64,000 bases of DNA, taken from the NCBI GenBank assembly GCA_024275315.1, contig JAJRZK010000027.1, positions 68,714 to 132,713 on the forward strand, written 5' to 3'. Positions within the stretch are counted from its first letter, which is position 1, and each line of letters begins with the position of its first letter. This DNA comes from Nitrospirota bacterium. Lineage in GTDB: Bacteria; Nitrospinota_A; UBA7883. The translations under genes were made by a program, and so were the position numbers. Positions 48,544 through 58,916 of this stretch are shown here, one piece after another. The notes below the pieces were generated by a model that was not told the origin of the DNA, made no database searches, and saw only the letters and a list, made by a program, of their open reading frames with translations.

Positions 48544-49275
48544 TCATGGCGCGGGACGGGTGGATTCAAACGCCTCCCATACCATCGGCCAGCCTTTCTT
48601 CGCAATCCGGGCCATTATCACGGCATAGTCCCTGATCTCTTTTTGCGCGTCCGGAGCCAGCCGCAACGAAAAATAGTGAAGCAGGTTACGCATGTCGATG
48701 CTCCAAACGATCTGGGTATACGCCGAAACCGGCAACACTACCCTGGCCTGCTCCCTGGCCACGCCAAGCTCCATCAGCTGGCCATACACGCTGTACGCAT
48801 GATGGTTGAGCCCCTCAATCAGCGTCCTGGCCCTGCTGGAAACATCGTCGGGAAGCGTATCGCCGCTCATCTGCTTGTTGGTGGAGTGCTGTGACCGTAC
48901 GTCATCCTGGCCTGGAACATAAAACAGGTCGGGGCATTCGGTATATCTGAAAGACCACTCGTTGAGCGACGCCGTGCGGTGCCGCACATGCTGGCGCATG
49001 ACGAAAATGGGGAGCCGGATGCGAAACGTAAGCTGGATCATCTCGAACGGGGATGTGTGCCGATCCCGCCACAGCCTCAGTATGAGCCTCCTGTCCGCTT
49101 CCTCGGACTTGCCATTGTCCCGCTGGTACGATGTCCTGGCGGCCCTGGCTACGGTGTTGTCCGACCCAAGGTAATCGACAAGCTCCACCTCGCCGGCTTC
49201 ATGCACCTTGTATACCTTGTTAAGCTCCTCCTCGGCGCCAGGGCTTATCGGACGGCTCGTCTCAGACATTGTCAT
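48544..49275 (-). CDS. thyX: FAD-dependent thymidylate synthase
   Basis: ThyX motif RHRTASLNEWSFRY (RHRxxSxxxxSxRY). 243 aa. Confidence 0.9.
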   Translation of the reverse strand: MTMSETSRPISPGAEEELNKVYKVHEAGEVELVDYLGSDNTVARAARTSYQRDNGKSEEADRRLILRLWRDRHTSPFEMIQLTFRIRLPIFVMRQHVRHRTASLNEWSFRYTECPDLFYVPGQDDVRSQHSTNKQMSGDTLPDDVSSRARTLIEGLNHHAYSVYGQLMELGVAREQARVVLPVSAYTQIVWSIDMRNLLHYFSLRLAPDAQKEIRDYAVIMARIAKKGWPMVWEAFESTRPAP

Positions 49276-49369
49276 AATCCCCCATTTTTCCTGATATCAG
49301 GCCAACACTTCCCGCCAGATCAGCGTATTCGGCTTGAGCGTTCCCTGCCTATAACGATTATCACGGTTG

Positions 49370-50785
49370 TCAATCCGGCGTTTGGGCGTACTTTGCGGCG
49401 GCGCGTATTCTCTTTACGCATTTCGATTTGCCCAACGCCGCCATGACATCGAACAAACCGGGGCTGACAGTCCCGCCGGTAAGAGCCACCCGCACCGGCT
49501 GAGCCAGGTTTTTAAGCTTCATATCCTTTTCATCAACCATGCCCCGGAAGTTTTCCTCGATATTGCTCTGAACAGAAAAATCAATATTCTCAAGCCGCTC
49601 CGCCAACTCCAATAAAACCGGCGCAATCTCGCGCGTCAAGAATTTTTTCGCCGCTTTCGGGTCAAACTCGATCGTGTCGGCGAAGAAATATTCCATGCTG
49701 TCGGCAATCTCCACGACAGTTCTGGACCTTGGCCTCAACAGAGGCGACAATTTTTCAATTTCTCCAGGTGGGGCGTCGACACCCCTGGCGCTTAATATAC
49801 CACCAACCAGCGGGGTAAGGACGCTGGCCGGAACAATCTTCATATGCTCGGAGTTGATCCAGATCAACTTGTCCTCGTCGAACCTGGCGGCTGATTTTGT
49901 TATCGCGTCAAGATCGAAAAGGCGCTTTAGCTCGTCGAGGGTGAAAACCTCCCTGTCGCCGTGGCTCCATCCGAGCCGCACAAGATAGTTTACAAGCGCG
50001 TCGGGTAGCACCCCCCTGTCCCGATACTCCATGACAGACAGCGCCCCGTGCCGTTTGGACAGGCGTTTGCCATCCTTGCCCAGGATCATCGACACATGCG
50101 CGAACTTCGGCAGGCTGTACCCCAACGCATTATATATCACGGCCTGCCTCGGCGTGTTGGCCAGGTGGTCGTCACCCCGGATCACGTGGCTGATTCCCAT
50201 CTGGGCGTCGTCCACCACCACGCAGAAATTATAGGTCGGCGTACTGTCCGATCGAAGGATTATGATATCGTCCAGCTCGTCGTTTTTGAAGCTGACATAA
50301 CCCCTCAACAGATCCTCGACTTTCGTCTCGCCATCTTTTGGGGTGGCGAACCGGACGACAAACGGCTTCCCGCAATCGGCGGCGATATCCTTGCCCCGGC
50401 ACGCGCCGTCGTATTTCGGCTTTTTGCCCGACTTCATCATCGCGTCACGTTTTGTGTCCAGATCCTCTTTGGAGCATACGCAACGGTACGCCTTGCCCTC
50501 GTCCAGAAGACGGTCCACATGGCTTATATAAATGTCCCGCCGGTCTGTCTGGCGAAACGGACCTTCGTCAAAATCGAGGTTCATCCATTCCATCGACTCC
50601 ATAATCTGGCTGATGGAATCATCAGTGGAACGTTCCCGGTCGGTGTCTTCAATGCGCAAGATGAACTTGCCGCCATGACGCCGGGCGAACAGCCAGTTGA
50701 ATATGGCCGTGCGCGCCCCTCCTATATGCAGATATCCTGTCGGGCTCGGCGCGAAACGGGTTCTTATTTCATTAGTATCGGTCAT
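49370..50785 (-). CDS. gltX: glutamyl-tRNA synthetase (paralog 2)
   Basis: RTRFAPSPTGYLHIGGARTAIFNWLFA (HIGH), zinc-binding CVCS...C motif, KLSKR. 471 aa. Clearly diverged from paralog 1 at 20554. Confidence 0.85.
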   Translation of the reverse strand: MTDTNEIRTRFAPSPTGYLHIGGARTAIFNWLFARRHGGKFILRIEDTDRERSTDDSISQIMESMEWMNLDFDEGPFRQTDRRDIYISHVDRLLDEGKAYRCVCSKEDLDTKRDAMMKSGKKPKYDGACRGKDIAADCGKPFVVRFATPKDGETKVEDLLRGYVSFKNDELDDIIILRSDSTPTYNFCVVVDDAQMGISHVIRGDDHLANTPRQAVIYNALGYSLPKFAHVSMILGKDGKRLSKRHGALSVMEYRDRGVLPDALVNYLVRLGWSHGDREVFTLDELKRLFDLDAITKSAARFDEDKLIWINSEHMKIVPASVLTPLVGGILSARGVDAPPGEIEKLSPLLRPRSRTVVEIADSMEYFFADTIEFDPKAAKKFLTREIAPVLLELAERLENIDFSVQSNIEENFRGMVDEKDMKLKNLAQPVRVALTGGTVSPGLFDVMAALGKSKCVKRIRAAAKYAQTPD

Positions 50786-50854
50786 ATTTCATTAATCATC
50801 CGAGCAGTAATAAATCCTTCAGCAGTCATCCAGAACCGGTCTTTCGCCCTGAGC

Positions 50855-52633
50855 CTAGCTCAAATCCCGCTTCAGCCCCAGTTCCCTGAGCTGTTTGGCG
50901 TCCACTCCCGACGGGGCGTCGGTCAGCACGCAGACGGCTTTCTGGGTTTTGGGAAACGCGATGACCTCCCTGATCGATTCGGCTCCCGTTAATATCGCAA
51001 CCAGCCGGTCCAGCCCGAAAGCGATGCCCCCGTGGGGCGGAGCTCCATATTCCAGCGCTTCGAGCAAAAACCCGAACTTTTCCATCGCCTCGTCCGGGCC
51101 GATTGAAAGGGCCTTGAACATGGCGCTCTGGGTCTGCCTGTCATGGATACGGATCGAGCCCCCCCCGATCTCCATGCCGTTCAACACCAGGTCGTACGCC
51201 CTCGCCCGCATCTTCAGCGGTTCGGTTTCGAACAGGCCCTTGTCCTCCTCGACCGGCGCGGTAAAGGGGTGATGCAGGGCGACATGGCGTTTGGCTTCCT
51301 CGTCATATTCAAACAGCGGAAAGTCGACAATCCACACGAAGTTGTATTCCGACCCATCGAAAAGGTTCAACCGCTTGGCAAGGCTGAGCCGCAACGCGCC
51401 CAGCACCTCGAAACCTATCCGCTCCTTGTCCGCCACGAACACCATCAGGTCGCCCGGTTTCGCCCCGGTGGCCTGTTTGAACCCGTCTATGGTTTCCGGT
51501 TTGAAAAACTTCGTTATGGGGCTGACAAATCCTTCATCGGTCACTTTTATCCACGCCAGCCCCTTGGCGCCAAAACCTATGGCTTCACCGGTGAGGTCGT
51601 CGAGCTCTTTACGTGAATAGGCCGCGCATCCGGGGGCGGCCATGGCGCGCACCGCTCCTCCTTTTTTTATCGCGTCTTTAAACACCTTGAAATCGGACTG
51701 GCCAGCAAGCTCCGAAACGTCGGCAAGCTCCATCCCGAACCGGGTGTCGGGCCTGTCGACCCCGTATCTTCGCATCGATTCCGCGAAGGTCATCACGGTA
51801 AACGGAGTATTGATTTTCATCCCTTTTACCTTGTCGAAGATATCGGCGATCATCCCTTCGCATATGGAGCGCACATTGTTCTCGTCCACAAACGACATCT
51901 CTATGTCAATCTGTGTGAACTCCGGTTGCCTGTCCGACCGCAAATCCTCGTCGCGAAAACATCGCACCACCTGGTAATAGCGATCCATCCCCGCCACCAT
52001 AAGCAATTGCTTGAAAAGCTGGGGGGATTGGGGCAACGCGAAGAAACTGCCGGGGTTGGTCCTGCTGGGCACCAGGTAATCCCTCGCCCCTTCATGGGTG
52101 GACTTGGTGAGCATGGGTGTTTCCACCTCCACGAAACCATGTTCGTCCAGATAATTTCGCACCACAGAAGACACTTTGTGCCGTGTTTCGAGACGTTTCA
52201 TCAGCGGACCGCGGCGTATTTCCAGGTAGCGGTGTTTCAGTTTCATCGCCTCGCCCGGTGTGTCGTCCTCGTCTATGACGAACGGAGGCGTTTTCGAGGC
52301 GCTCGCTATTTCCGCTTCATCGGCGTATATCTCCACTTCGCCGGTGGCCAGCTTTTGGTTTACCGTTCCCTCCGGCCGCGCGGAAACCTTCCCCCGTATC
52401 TTAAGGACGAACTCCGCCCGAACCTTGTGCGCCAGCTCATGCGCGGATTCGTCAATCTGGGGGTTTAAGGCCACCTGGGTCACCCCGTACCGGTCACGAA
52501 GATCAACAAAAACCAGCCCTCCGTGATCGCGACGTTTATGTACCCATCCGACCAGTGTAACGGTCTGACCTATATGCGACGAGCGAAGCTCTCCGCAGGT
52601 GTGTGTGCGCATCGATGTGGCAAAATCGGACAT
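50855..52633 (-). CDS. aspS: aspartyl-tRNA synthetase
   Basis: N-terminal OB anticodon-binding domain, class II motifs 1-3, bacterial GAD insertion. 592 aa. Confidence 0.9.
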   Translation of the reverse strand: MSDFATSMRTHTCGELRSSHIGQTVTLVGWVHKRRDHGGLVFVDLRDRYGVTQVALNPQIDESAHELAHKVRAEFVLKIRGKVSARPEGTVNQKLATGEVEIYADEAEIASASKTPPFVIDEDDTPGEAMKLKHRYLEIRRGPLMKRLETRHKVSSVVRNYLDEHGFVEVETPMLTKSTHEGARDYLVPSRTNPGSFFALPQSPQLFKQLLMVAGMDRYYQVVRCFRDEDLRSDRQPEFTQIDIEMSFVDENNVRSICEGMIADIFDKVKGMKINTPFTVMTFAESMRRYGVDRPDTRFGMELADVSELAGQSDFKVFKDAIKKGGAVRAMAAPGCAAYSRKELDDLTGEAIGFGAKGLAWIKVTDEGFVSPITKFFKPETIDGFKQATGAKPGDLMVFVADKERIGFEVLGALRLSLAKRLNLFDGSEYNFVWIVDFPLFEYDEEAKRHVALHHPFTAPVEEDKGLFETEPLKMRARAYDLVLNGMEIGGGSIRIHDRQTQSAMFKALSIGPDEAMEKFGFLLEALEYGAPPHGGIAFGLDRLVAILTGAESIREVIAFPKTQKAVCVLTDAPSGVDAKQLRELGLKRDLS

Positions 52634-52722
52634 GGTCTCCTCTTTGTATCGAAAAAGGTGGGTATTATAGTCGAAGTAGGTTTCGAATGAAATGATAACC
52701 GAATCGGAGAGGGACCGGAGAA

Positions 52723-55173
52723 TTGAATAATTCCACAGGATCGTCCCTGACCAGGCGCCCGGAACTGGTTGCGGTGTTCACCCTGGCGGCCGGGATAGTG
52801 GCTGGTCGCCAGTTCGCAGAACCGGCCTTGTCCGCAAACCCGCTAATCGGGCTGGTTGTTATTGCGATCGCCGTTACAGCGCTTGTCAGCTCCGAGCGGC
52901 GGTTCAGGCTTGTCCTGGCGACATTGTTCATCCTTGGCGCCGGGTTGATAACACGTCACGATCACGCTGTTCCCCCTGACAACCATGTGTCGCTGGTTGT
53001 TACGGGCGAACCGGTGGATATAACCGGACAGATAATCAGCCTTAATTCCGTCCGGATCAGAAGCGACCGGTACCTTGTCTCCATACATACGGTGGACGGC
53101 GAACCTGTGCGGGGAACCGGCGGGATGTACGTTTCGCGCCCGTCTCTCCCGGAACGCGCCTTGCCTGGCGACATGTTGCGCCTTGAAAAGGTCACACTCC
53201 GGAAAATACGAGGGTTTCACAATATCGGCGGATGGAGCTACGAAAATTTCATGAGAGACAGGGGTGTAGACGTTCTCATAAAAATTTCCAGATCATCCAA
53301 ACTGACCGTCACAGGATCACGCTGGACGTGGCGGCGCCCATTTGAAAAGATGAAAAACGACGCGCGAAAATTGATCACGGCGGACAAACCCGATGTCCGG
53401 GCGGCGCTGGAAGCCATGCTCACCGGTGACCAGGGACATGTCACACCGGAGTTGCGGGACACGTTCGCCAAGGCGGGGACGTCGCACCTGCTGGCCGTAT
53501 CCGGGTTGCATGTAGGGTTCGTGGCGGCCGCGAGCTATTTCGTGTTGCGTGTCCTGATGTTCATCATCATCTACCCGATCGGTTACAGGTGGGCCTCGTT
53601 CGGCCTCCCGATGCGGTTGGCGGCGGGCGGGGCGCTGGTGGTTGTGATCGGTTTTACCCTTTTTACCGGGCCGCGTCTGCCGGCGTTAAGGGCCGGGATC
53701 ATGATAGGGGTCTACCTGGTTGCGGTAATCTTTGGAAGGGGGCGGGATTTTTACGGAGCTTTCTCACTGGCGATGGCCATAATTTTACTGACCATGCCAT
53801 GGTCACTTTTTACGGCCGGTTTCAATCTATCGTTTTCCGCTGTTTTCTTCATCACCGTGTTCTTGGAAAAATGGTGGAAGCCGATGGGCGGGCCGGAGGC
53901 GGAACTGGACCGTCTGGCCCCTTCCTGGTGGAGACGGGTCCTGTCCAGATATCCGGTGACAGGGTCGTACGCGGCCGTATCCCTGTTCGCCATGATAGGA
54001 TCCGCCCCGATAGCCGCGCTTTATTTCAACACGGTTCCGTTGTACTCTGTGGTTGTAAACTCGTTCCTGGTTCCCATTACTTCTGTAACCGTACCCATCG
54101 GCCTGCTGGGCTTGGCCTTGCACAGTGGAACGTTTATCGCCATCGCCGCGTCCCTGGCCAACGTCATCGTCACCGTTTCCCGTTCCGCCGCCGCGCTTCC
54201 TTTTTCGTTTGTACACGTCGCCAGCGTCACCCCGATGTTCATGGTCTCCTATTACGCCGCGATAGCCATCTTGCTGATCATGCCAAGAGGGCCGGTTCGA
54301 AGGGGGTGTTTTATCGGCGTATCGGCGGCGGCCCTTATATCTCTGGCCATACCGTCGGCCCTCTCGACGCTCGACAAAACCCTCACAGTACGGTTCCTGG
54401 ACGTGGGACAGGGTGACTGCACCCTGGCGATATGGCCGAAGGGGGGAGCCCTGGCGATCGACGGGGGGAACAGGTATCCGAACTTCGACGTGGGGCGCTC
54501 TGTGATAGCTCCGGTGTTGTGGAGCTCTGGCCGGCTGCGGTTCAACGCGATTTTCGTCACCCACGGCGACGCGGACCACATTGGCGGAATACCGGGACTC
54601 GCCGACAAGGCTCCTGCGGATTTAATCGCCGATCACGGTCTGCCATCAAGGCATCCGTTGTTCGCCTCGCTACGGTCCCGGGCGCAGACGGCGGGTGTAT
54701 ATCGAAAACTCAAAGCAGGCGACCGGTTGACTTTCCCCGGCGGGCTTGTGGTGGATGTTCTAAATCCGCCGCCAGGCCCGCTTCCATACGCAGACAAGGT
54801 GAACAACCGCTCTCTTGCGCTGAAGCTTACATATGGCGCGATCAAAATCCTGACGGTGGGTGATATTGGCAGGGAGACGGAACGGTGGCTTGTCGAATCG
54901 GGCGCGGATTTGCAGGCTGATATTTTGAAAGTGGCTCATCACGGATCCAACAGCTCTTCATCGGAAGGGTTTCTCCGGGCGGTTGGGGCACGATACGCGG
55001 TTATAAGCGTAGGATACAACAACCATCACGGCCACCCGCATCCAAAAACCCTGGAGCGGCTCAGAAACGCGGGGATGACAATCTATAGAACCGACCGGAA
55101 TGGCGAAGTGATGGTCAGCACCGATGGCGTTAATATCGAAATCAAAACCTACGAGTCCACAGCGGGGAAATAG
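52723..55173 (+). CDS. comEC: DNA-internalization competence protein ComEC/Rec2 (with C-terminal metallo-beta-lactamase domain)
   Basis: DUF4131 N-terminal TM region, competence domain (HLLAVSGLHVGF), C-terminal MBL fold (HGDADHIGG, VAHHGS). TTG start assumed. Confidence 0.85.
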   Translation: MNNSTGSSLTRRPELVAVFTLAAGIVAGRQFAEPALSANPLIGLVVIAIAVTALVSSERRFRLVLATLFILGAGLITRHDHAVPPDNHVSLVVTGEPVDITGQIISLNSVRIRSDRYLVSIHTVDGEPVRGTGGMYVSRPSLPERALPGDMLRLEKVTLRKIRGFHNIGGWSYENFMRDRGVDVLIKISRSSKLTVTGSRWTWRRPFEKMKNDARKLITADKPDVRAALEAMLTGDQGHVTPELRDTFAKAGTSHLLAVSGLHVGFVAAASYFVLRVLMFIIIYPIGYRWASFGLPMRLAAGGALVVVIGFTLFTGPRLPALRAGIMIGVYLVAVIFGRGRDFYGAFSLAMAIILLTMPWSLFTAGFNLSFSAVFFITVFLEKWWKPMGGPEAELDRLAPSWWRRVLSRYPVTGSYAAVSLFAMIGSAPIAALYFNTVPLYSVVVNSFLVPITSVTVPIGLLGLALHSGTFIAIAASLANVIVTVSRSAAALPFSFVHVASVTPMFMVSYYAAIAILLIMPRGPVRRGCFIGVSAAALISLAIPSALSTLDKTLTVRFLDVGQGDCTLAIWPKGGALAIDGGNRYPNFDVGRSVIAPVLWSSGRLRFNAIFVTHGDADHIGGIPGLADKAPADLIADHGLPSRHPLFASLRSRAQTAGVYRKLKAGDRLTFPGGLVVDVLNPPPGPLPYADKVNNRSLALKLTYGAIKILTVGDIGRETERWLVESGADLQADILKVAHHGSNSSSSEGFLRAVGARYAVISVGYNNHHGHPHPKTLERLRNAGMTIYRTDRNGEVMVSTDGVNIEIKTYESTAGK

Positions 55174-55251
55174 ACAGGTTGATCGCTCGAACACCTGCGC
55201 AAAACGGCGCATGGCTCTCACACGGCGCCGACGGCGGGGTCGTGTTTCAGT

Positions 55252-55785
55252 CTATTCCTCCAGAACAGCGATGTATGGCAGGCATCTGTACTTGTTCCCA
55301 GCGTCGAGCCCGTACCCCACGACAAAAACATCGTCTATGGTAAAACCTGTGTAATCGGGACTGATATTCTCGACCCTCCTGGACGGCTTGTCCAGCAGAG
55401 CGCAGGTTATAACGTCCATTGCGCCTTTGGCGTATATGTGGTTGCGCACTTCCGCAAGGGTCCGGCCTGTGTCCACGATATCATCTACAAGCAGTACCGT
55501 TCTGGATTTCAAATCGATACGGACATCCTGCTCTATATCCACCTTGCCTGAAGAGCCGGTTGCGTCTTTGTAGCTGGAAACTATCATGAAATCGACAAGG
55601 GGACATAACCCGTGCCGGCTGAGACTTCGCATCATGTCCGACAAAAAAACGACGCTCCCGTTTAGCAACCCAACCATAATTGTTGATGAACCATCCAGAC
55701 GAGACGCGATCAAAGCGGCCATATGGTCCACTTTTACCGCTATATCCCCCTGTGATATCAATAACTTACCTACGCCCACGGTCAA
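55252..55785 (-). CDS. hpt: hypoxanthine-guanine phosphoribosyltransferase
   Basis: PRPP-binding motif VLLVDDIVDTGRTL. 177 aa. Confidence 0.85.
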   Translation of the reverse strand: MTVGVGKLLISQGDIAVKVDHMAALIASRLDGSSTIMVGLLNGSVVFLSDMMRSLSRHGLCPLVDFMIVSSYKDATGSSGKVDIEQDVRIDLKSRTVLLVDDIVDTGRTLAEVRNHIYAKGAMDVITCALLDKPSRRVENISPDYTGFTIDDVFVVGYGLDAGNKYRCLPYIAVLEE

Positions 55786-55974
55786 ATTCCCGATTCGTCA
55801 ATATTTTGGTACTGAATTTGAAACGATATGGAATTGTACAAGAAATTGACGGTTATCACCATAGGGAGCATTTGGGAAACCGGTTTCGCGGCTAAAACAG
55901 ATACAGATATAGAAGCTTCCTATAGCTATCGCACGATTGCAGGTGGTCGTGCGATAGCCGTGGTGATATGCGAA

Positions 55975-56000
55975 AGATTTGAAGCATTGTGGTATAACGA
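55975..56000 (+). promoter_or_regulatory. candidate sigma-70 extended -10 promoter (TGGTATAAC) and AGGAGG RBS upstream of the sigma-54 activator gene
   Basis: Sequence ...ttgaagcattgtggtataacgacaag... lies 40 nt upstream of the ATG at 56032, with an AGGAGG RBS 8 nt upstream of the start. Confidence 0.3.
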
Positions 56001-56031
56001 CAAGTAAAACAAGCATACAGGAGGAGTAAAG

Positions 56032-57228
56032 ATGGTAACCGAGCTTGCTGAAGCTCCCGGGACTGAAACGGTTTGCGCGCCCGATTTTTCGATTTTCGTA
56101 GGTAAAAGTCCTGCGTTGCAATCGGTGCTTGACACCATCTCCAACCTGTTGGATAACGACTCGACAGTCCTGGTTTTAGGCGAGAGCGGCACCGGCAAGG
56201 AACTGATCGCAAGAGCCATACATTACAATTCAAACCGAAACCAATACCCCCTGGTGACCGTCAACTGCGGCGCGATACCCGAGGAATTGCTGGAATCGGA
56301 GCTGTTCGGTCATGAAAAGGGAGCGTTTACAGGCGCCATCCGCACCCGAATCGGCAAGTTCGAGCTGGCCGACAAGGGGACAATATTCCTTGACGAGATC
56401 GGAGACATGAGCCCCACGCTTCAGATAAAGCTGTTGCGGGTGCTCCAGGAGCATGAATTCGATCGAGTGGGCGGAAACAGGACCATGAAAGTATCTGTCC
56501 GCATCATAGCGGCGACAAACCAGAACCTGGAAAAAGCCATAGAGGAAGGCAGGTTCCGTGAAGACCTCTATTACCGGCTCAACGTCATCCCGATAGAAGT
56601 CCCAGCGCTGCGTTTCCGGGGCGATGATATCTCCCTGCTGGTGACGCATTTCATAAAAAACTTCAACGCGTTGAAAAACAGAAACATCTCCGGGATGAGC
56701 CAGGAGGCGATCAACCTGCTTCGGGCGTATACATGGCCAGGCAACATACGCGAACTCGAACACATGATCGAACGGCTTGTCGTGCTCAAGGCGAGCGGTG
56801 TCATAGAAAAGCAGGATCTGCCGCCTAAACTTCAAAATCTCGAATTACCACCGGACGACCAGCTATCCAAAGACATGCTTCTCGTTGGCGATCCGGATGA
56901 ATTGGCAGAAGAGCGTCTGTCCGCCCCGGCGATCAAAATCGCGCAACCTCCAAACGGGTCACCCGACAATGTCGGCGCCCGGAGCAACATCATTGAAAAC
57001 CATCCGGGGCGGACGGACGCTGATTTTCAGATTGAAGACTCGCCCACACTTCCGGAAGAAGGGATAAACCTCAAAGAAGCGGTAGACCGTTATGAAACCG
57101 CCCTGATCCTCGCCGCGCTCGACAGATGCGGCTGGGTGAAAAACAAGGCGGCCAACCTGCTGGGGCTTAACCGCACCACCCTGGTGGAAAAACTGAAAAA
57201 GAAAAAGCTGGTCAGAACAGAGGGATAA
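56032..57228 (+). CDS. sigma-54-dependent transcriptional activator lacking any N-terminal regulatory domain (AAA+ + long linker + Fis-type HTH)
   Basis: Walker [31 protein letters not shown]-finger. C-terminal HTH ([18 protein letters not shown]). Only ~30 aa precede the AAA+ domain. Confidence 0.85.
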   Translation: MVTELAEAPGTETVCAPDFSIFVGKSPALQSVLDTISNLLDNDSTVLVLGESGTGKELIARAIHYNSNRNQYPLVTVNCGAIPEELLESELFGHEKGAFTGAIRTRIGKFELADKGTIFLDEIGDMSPTLQIKLLRVLQEHEFDRVGGNRTMKVSVRIIAATNQNLEKAIEEGRFREDLYYRLNVIPIEVPALRFRGDDISLLVTHFIKNFNALKNRNISGMSQEAINLLRAYTWPGNIRELEHMIERLVVLKASGVIEKQDLPPKLQNLELPPDDQLSKDMLLVGDPDELAEERLSAPAIKIAQPPNGSPDNVGARSNIIENHPGRTDADFQIEDSPTLPEEGINLKEAVDRYETALILAALDRCGWVKNKAANLLGLNRTTLVEKLKKKKLVRTEG

Positions 57229-57536
57229 AGCCGGGCTCGCTGACAAAATCTTTTGTGCCGCCAACCAACGCCCCGCAGGTGTCGCGAATCTCGCTTCTTT
57301 GCACATACCGAGCTTTTTGCGCGGCCCTCCCTAACCTTCATTATGGAATCCGCCGATACCTCAAATGACAGCCCCAAGCCCGACCAGCCCTGTTATGGTT
57401 GCGGGCGGAGGGACACTTTTGCATGGCGGCCGGCAGGTTATGAAGGCTATTGAATGATTTACAACATGGTCTGGCCGACTTTATAATAAGGTTTTCTTGA
57501 AACGCAACTTATAACAGAAAATATCAGGACCTTTTC

Positions 57537-58916
57537 ATGGGCGATCATATCGAAACCATAGCGCTTGTCGCGGATAAGTTCATGGTGGATATGAAAATAG
57601 AGGAGCAGCTCAAAAAGGAGGGATTTAACGCCGTCATGGTCAAAAAAGCGCCTGATCTTATAAAGGCGCTGGTAAAGCTGAGCCCCGCGATCATAATCAT
57701 CGACCTGGATCACCAAAACCAGGACAATCCCCTCGCCGTAATTTCCGCCATAAAAAAAGAAGCCCAACTCAAGGAATCCGAGGTGTTCATATATACCGAA
57801 GGAATCGATGTCAGAACTGAAGTGGCCCTGAGAAAGCTAAAGGTGCAATCCTATTTCACCAAATCGAAAAACACGGAACTATTGATAAATGGAGTGCGGA
57901 ACCATTTTTCATGGGACGAAATGACGCAGGAGTATAACCCGTGGGAAGACGAGGAGGAAAACGATGACGATTACATCTATGATTTGAGAGAAGAAGAGCA
58001 AATCATAGAAAAACAGCTGGTAAAACGTCCCCGCCATCGCCCGCCGGACCGGCCGTCCCGGCCAGCGGCGACTGATGGAGCCCCCACCGCGACCCCGGCA
58101 CAGCAACGTCGTCCCGCGCCTCCACCGCAAGAGGCCGCGCCTCCACCGCAAGAGGCCGCGCCTCCAGCGCGGGAAGAACCAGCCCCGGCGGCCAAGACGC
58201 CATCCGATATCGAGGAATCATCCATAAATCTTCCGGGAATGCTCCCTGAAGATCAAAAGGAAAGCGACACCAACGAGTTCATGGAAATGCTGACCGATTT
58301 TCAAAATGGCATCAGCAAAAAGCTCGACGATGTGGAAAAAGCGCCTGGACACGGACAGGCCGCCGAGGTTGAGAACCAGATAATACAAGACGGTCCGTTC
58401 AAGGCCGAAAACCTTACATCGGAAGGGGAAGCGCTATTGACCCAGCCGGAAAATTTCACCAACACCGACGAGTTCCAGGACCTTTTGAACGAGTTTCACG
58501 CCGGGTTGGACAACAAACTTGCAAACATGGAAAAAGGTCATGAATCTCACTACAACCTGGGCATCTCGTATTTTGAAATGGGGCTGTTCGAGCAGGCCCT
58601 GGAGCAGTTCGAAAAATGCGTTGGAACCCAGGAATACAAGCTGAGAAGCATGAACATGATAGGCGCCATTCACAGAAAGCTAGGCGCCTATGATAAAGCC
58701 GTGGAGTCTTTTAAGGCATGCCACATGAACGCGCCTGATGAATATTCCAAGCTCAGCTTCCGTTATGAAATCGCGGACACTTTTATGACCCAGGGGAAAA
58801 TGCGCGACGCTTACAAAATGTTCGCCACAGTCTACAAGGTGGACAAGGGGTTTAAGGACACCAGAGCCAAGTTGATAAAAATCAAATCGGCTCTTGAAGC
58901 GAACAACCAACCCTGA
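57537..58916 (+). CDS. pseudo-receiver-like N-domain / Pro-rich linker / C-terminal TPR protein (candidate MglA partner)
   Basis: N-terminal REC-like fold with degenerate acidic pocket (ALVADKFM, IIIIDLD). Pro/Ala-rich linker including tandem APPPQEA. C-terminal TPR-like repeats (YNLGISYFEMGLFEQALEQFEKC...). The stop overlaps the mglA-like start (TGATG). Confidence 0.7.
   Translation: MGDHIETIALVADKFMVDMKIEEQLKKEGFNAVMVKKAPDLIKALVKLSPAIIIIDLDHQNQDNPLAVISAIKKEAQLKESEVFIYTEGIDVRTEVALRKLKVQSYFTKSKNTELLINGVRNHFSWDEMTQEYNPWEDEEENDDDYIYDLREEEQIIEKQLVKRPRHRPPDRPSRPAATDGAPTATPAQQRRPAPPPQEAAPPPQEAAPPAREEPAPAAKTPSDIEESSINLPGMLPEDQKESDTNEFMEMLTDFQNGISKKLDDVEKAPGHGQAAEVENQIIQDGPFKAENLTSEGEALLTQPENFTNTDEFQDLLNEFHAGLDNKLANMEKGHESHYNLGISYFEMGLFEQALEQFEKCVGTQEYKLRSMNMIGAIHRKLGAYDKAVESFKACHMNAPDEYSKLSFRYEIADTFMTQGKMRDAYKMFATVYKVDKGFKDTRAKLIKIKSALEANNQP
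58116..58166 (+). repeat. 21-nt tandem repeat (gcgcctccaccgcaagaggcc x ~2.4) encoding APPPQEA repeats in the Pro-rich linker
   Basis: Direct tandem copies at 58116-58136 and 58137-58157, plus a partial third copy. Confidence 0.6.

Noticed and set aside
50048-50992. 314-aa + strand ORF
   Set aside because: Antisense to gltX paralog 2.
53827-54579. 250-aa - strand ORF
   Set aside because: Antisense to comEC. Arg/Gly-rich artefact.
57380-57440. Sigma-54 (-24/-12) promoter upstream of the REC/TPR-mglA operon
   Set aside because: The GGACAC...GCAT match has GG-to-GC spacing of 10 instead of 12 and poor consensus. It is not supportable by eye.
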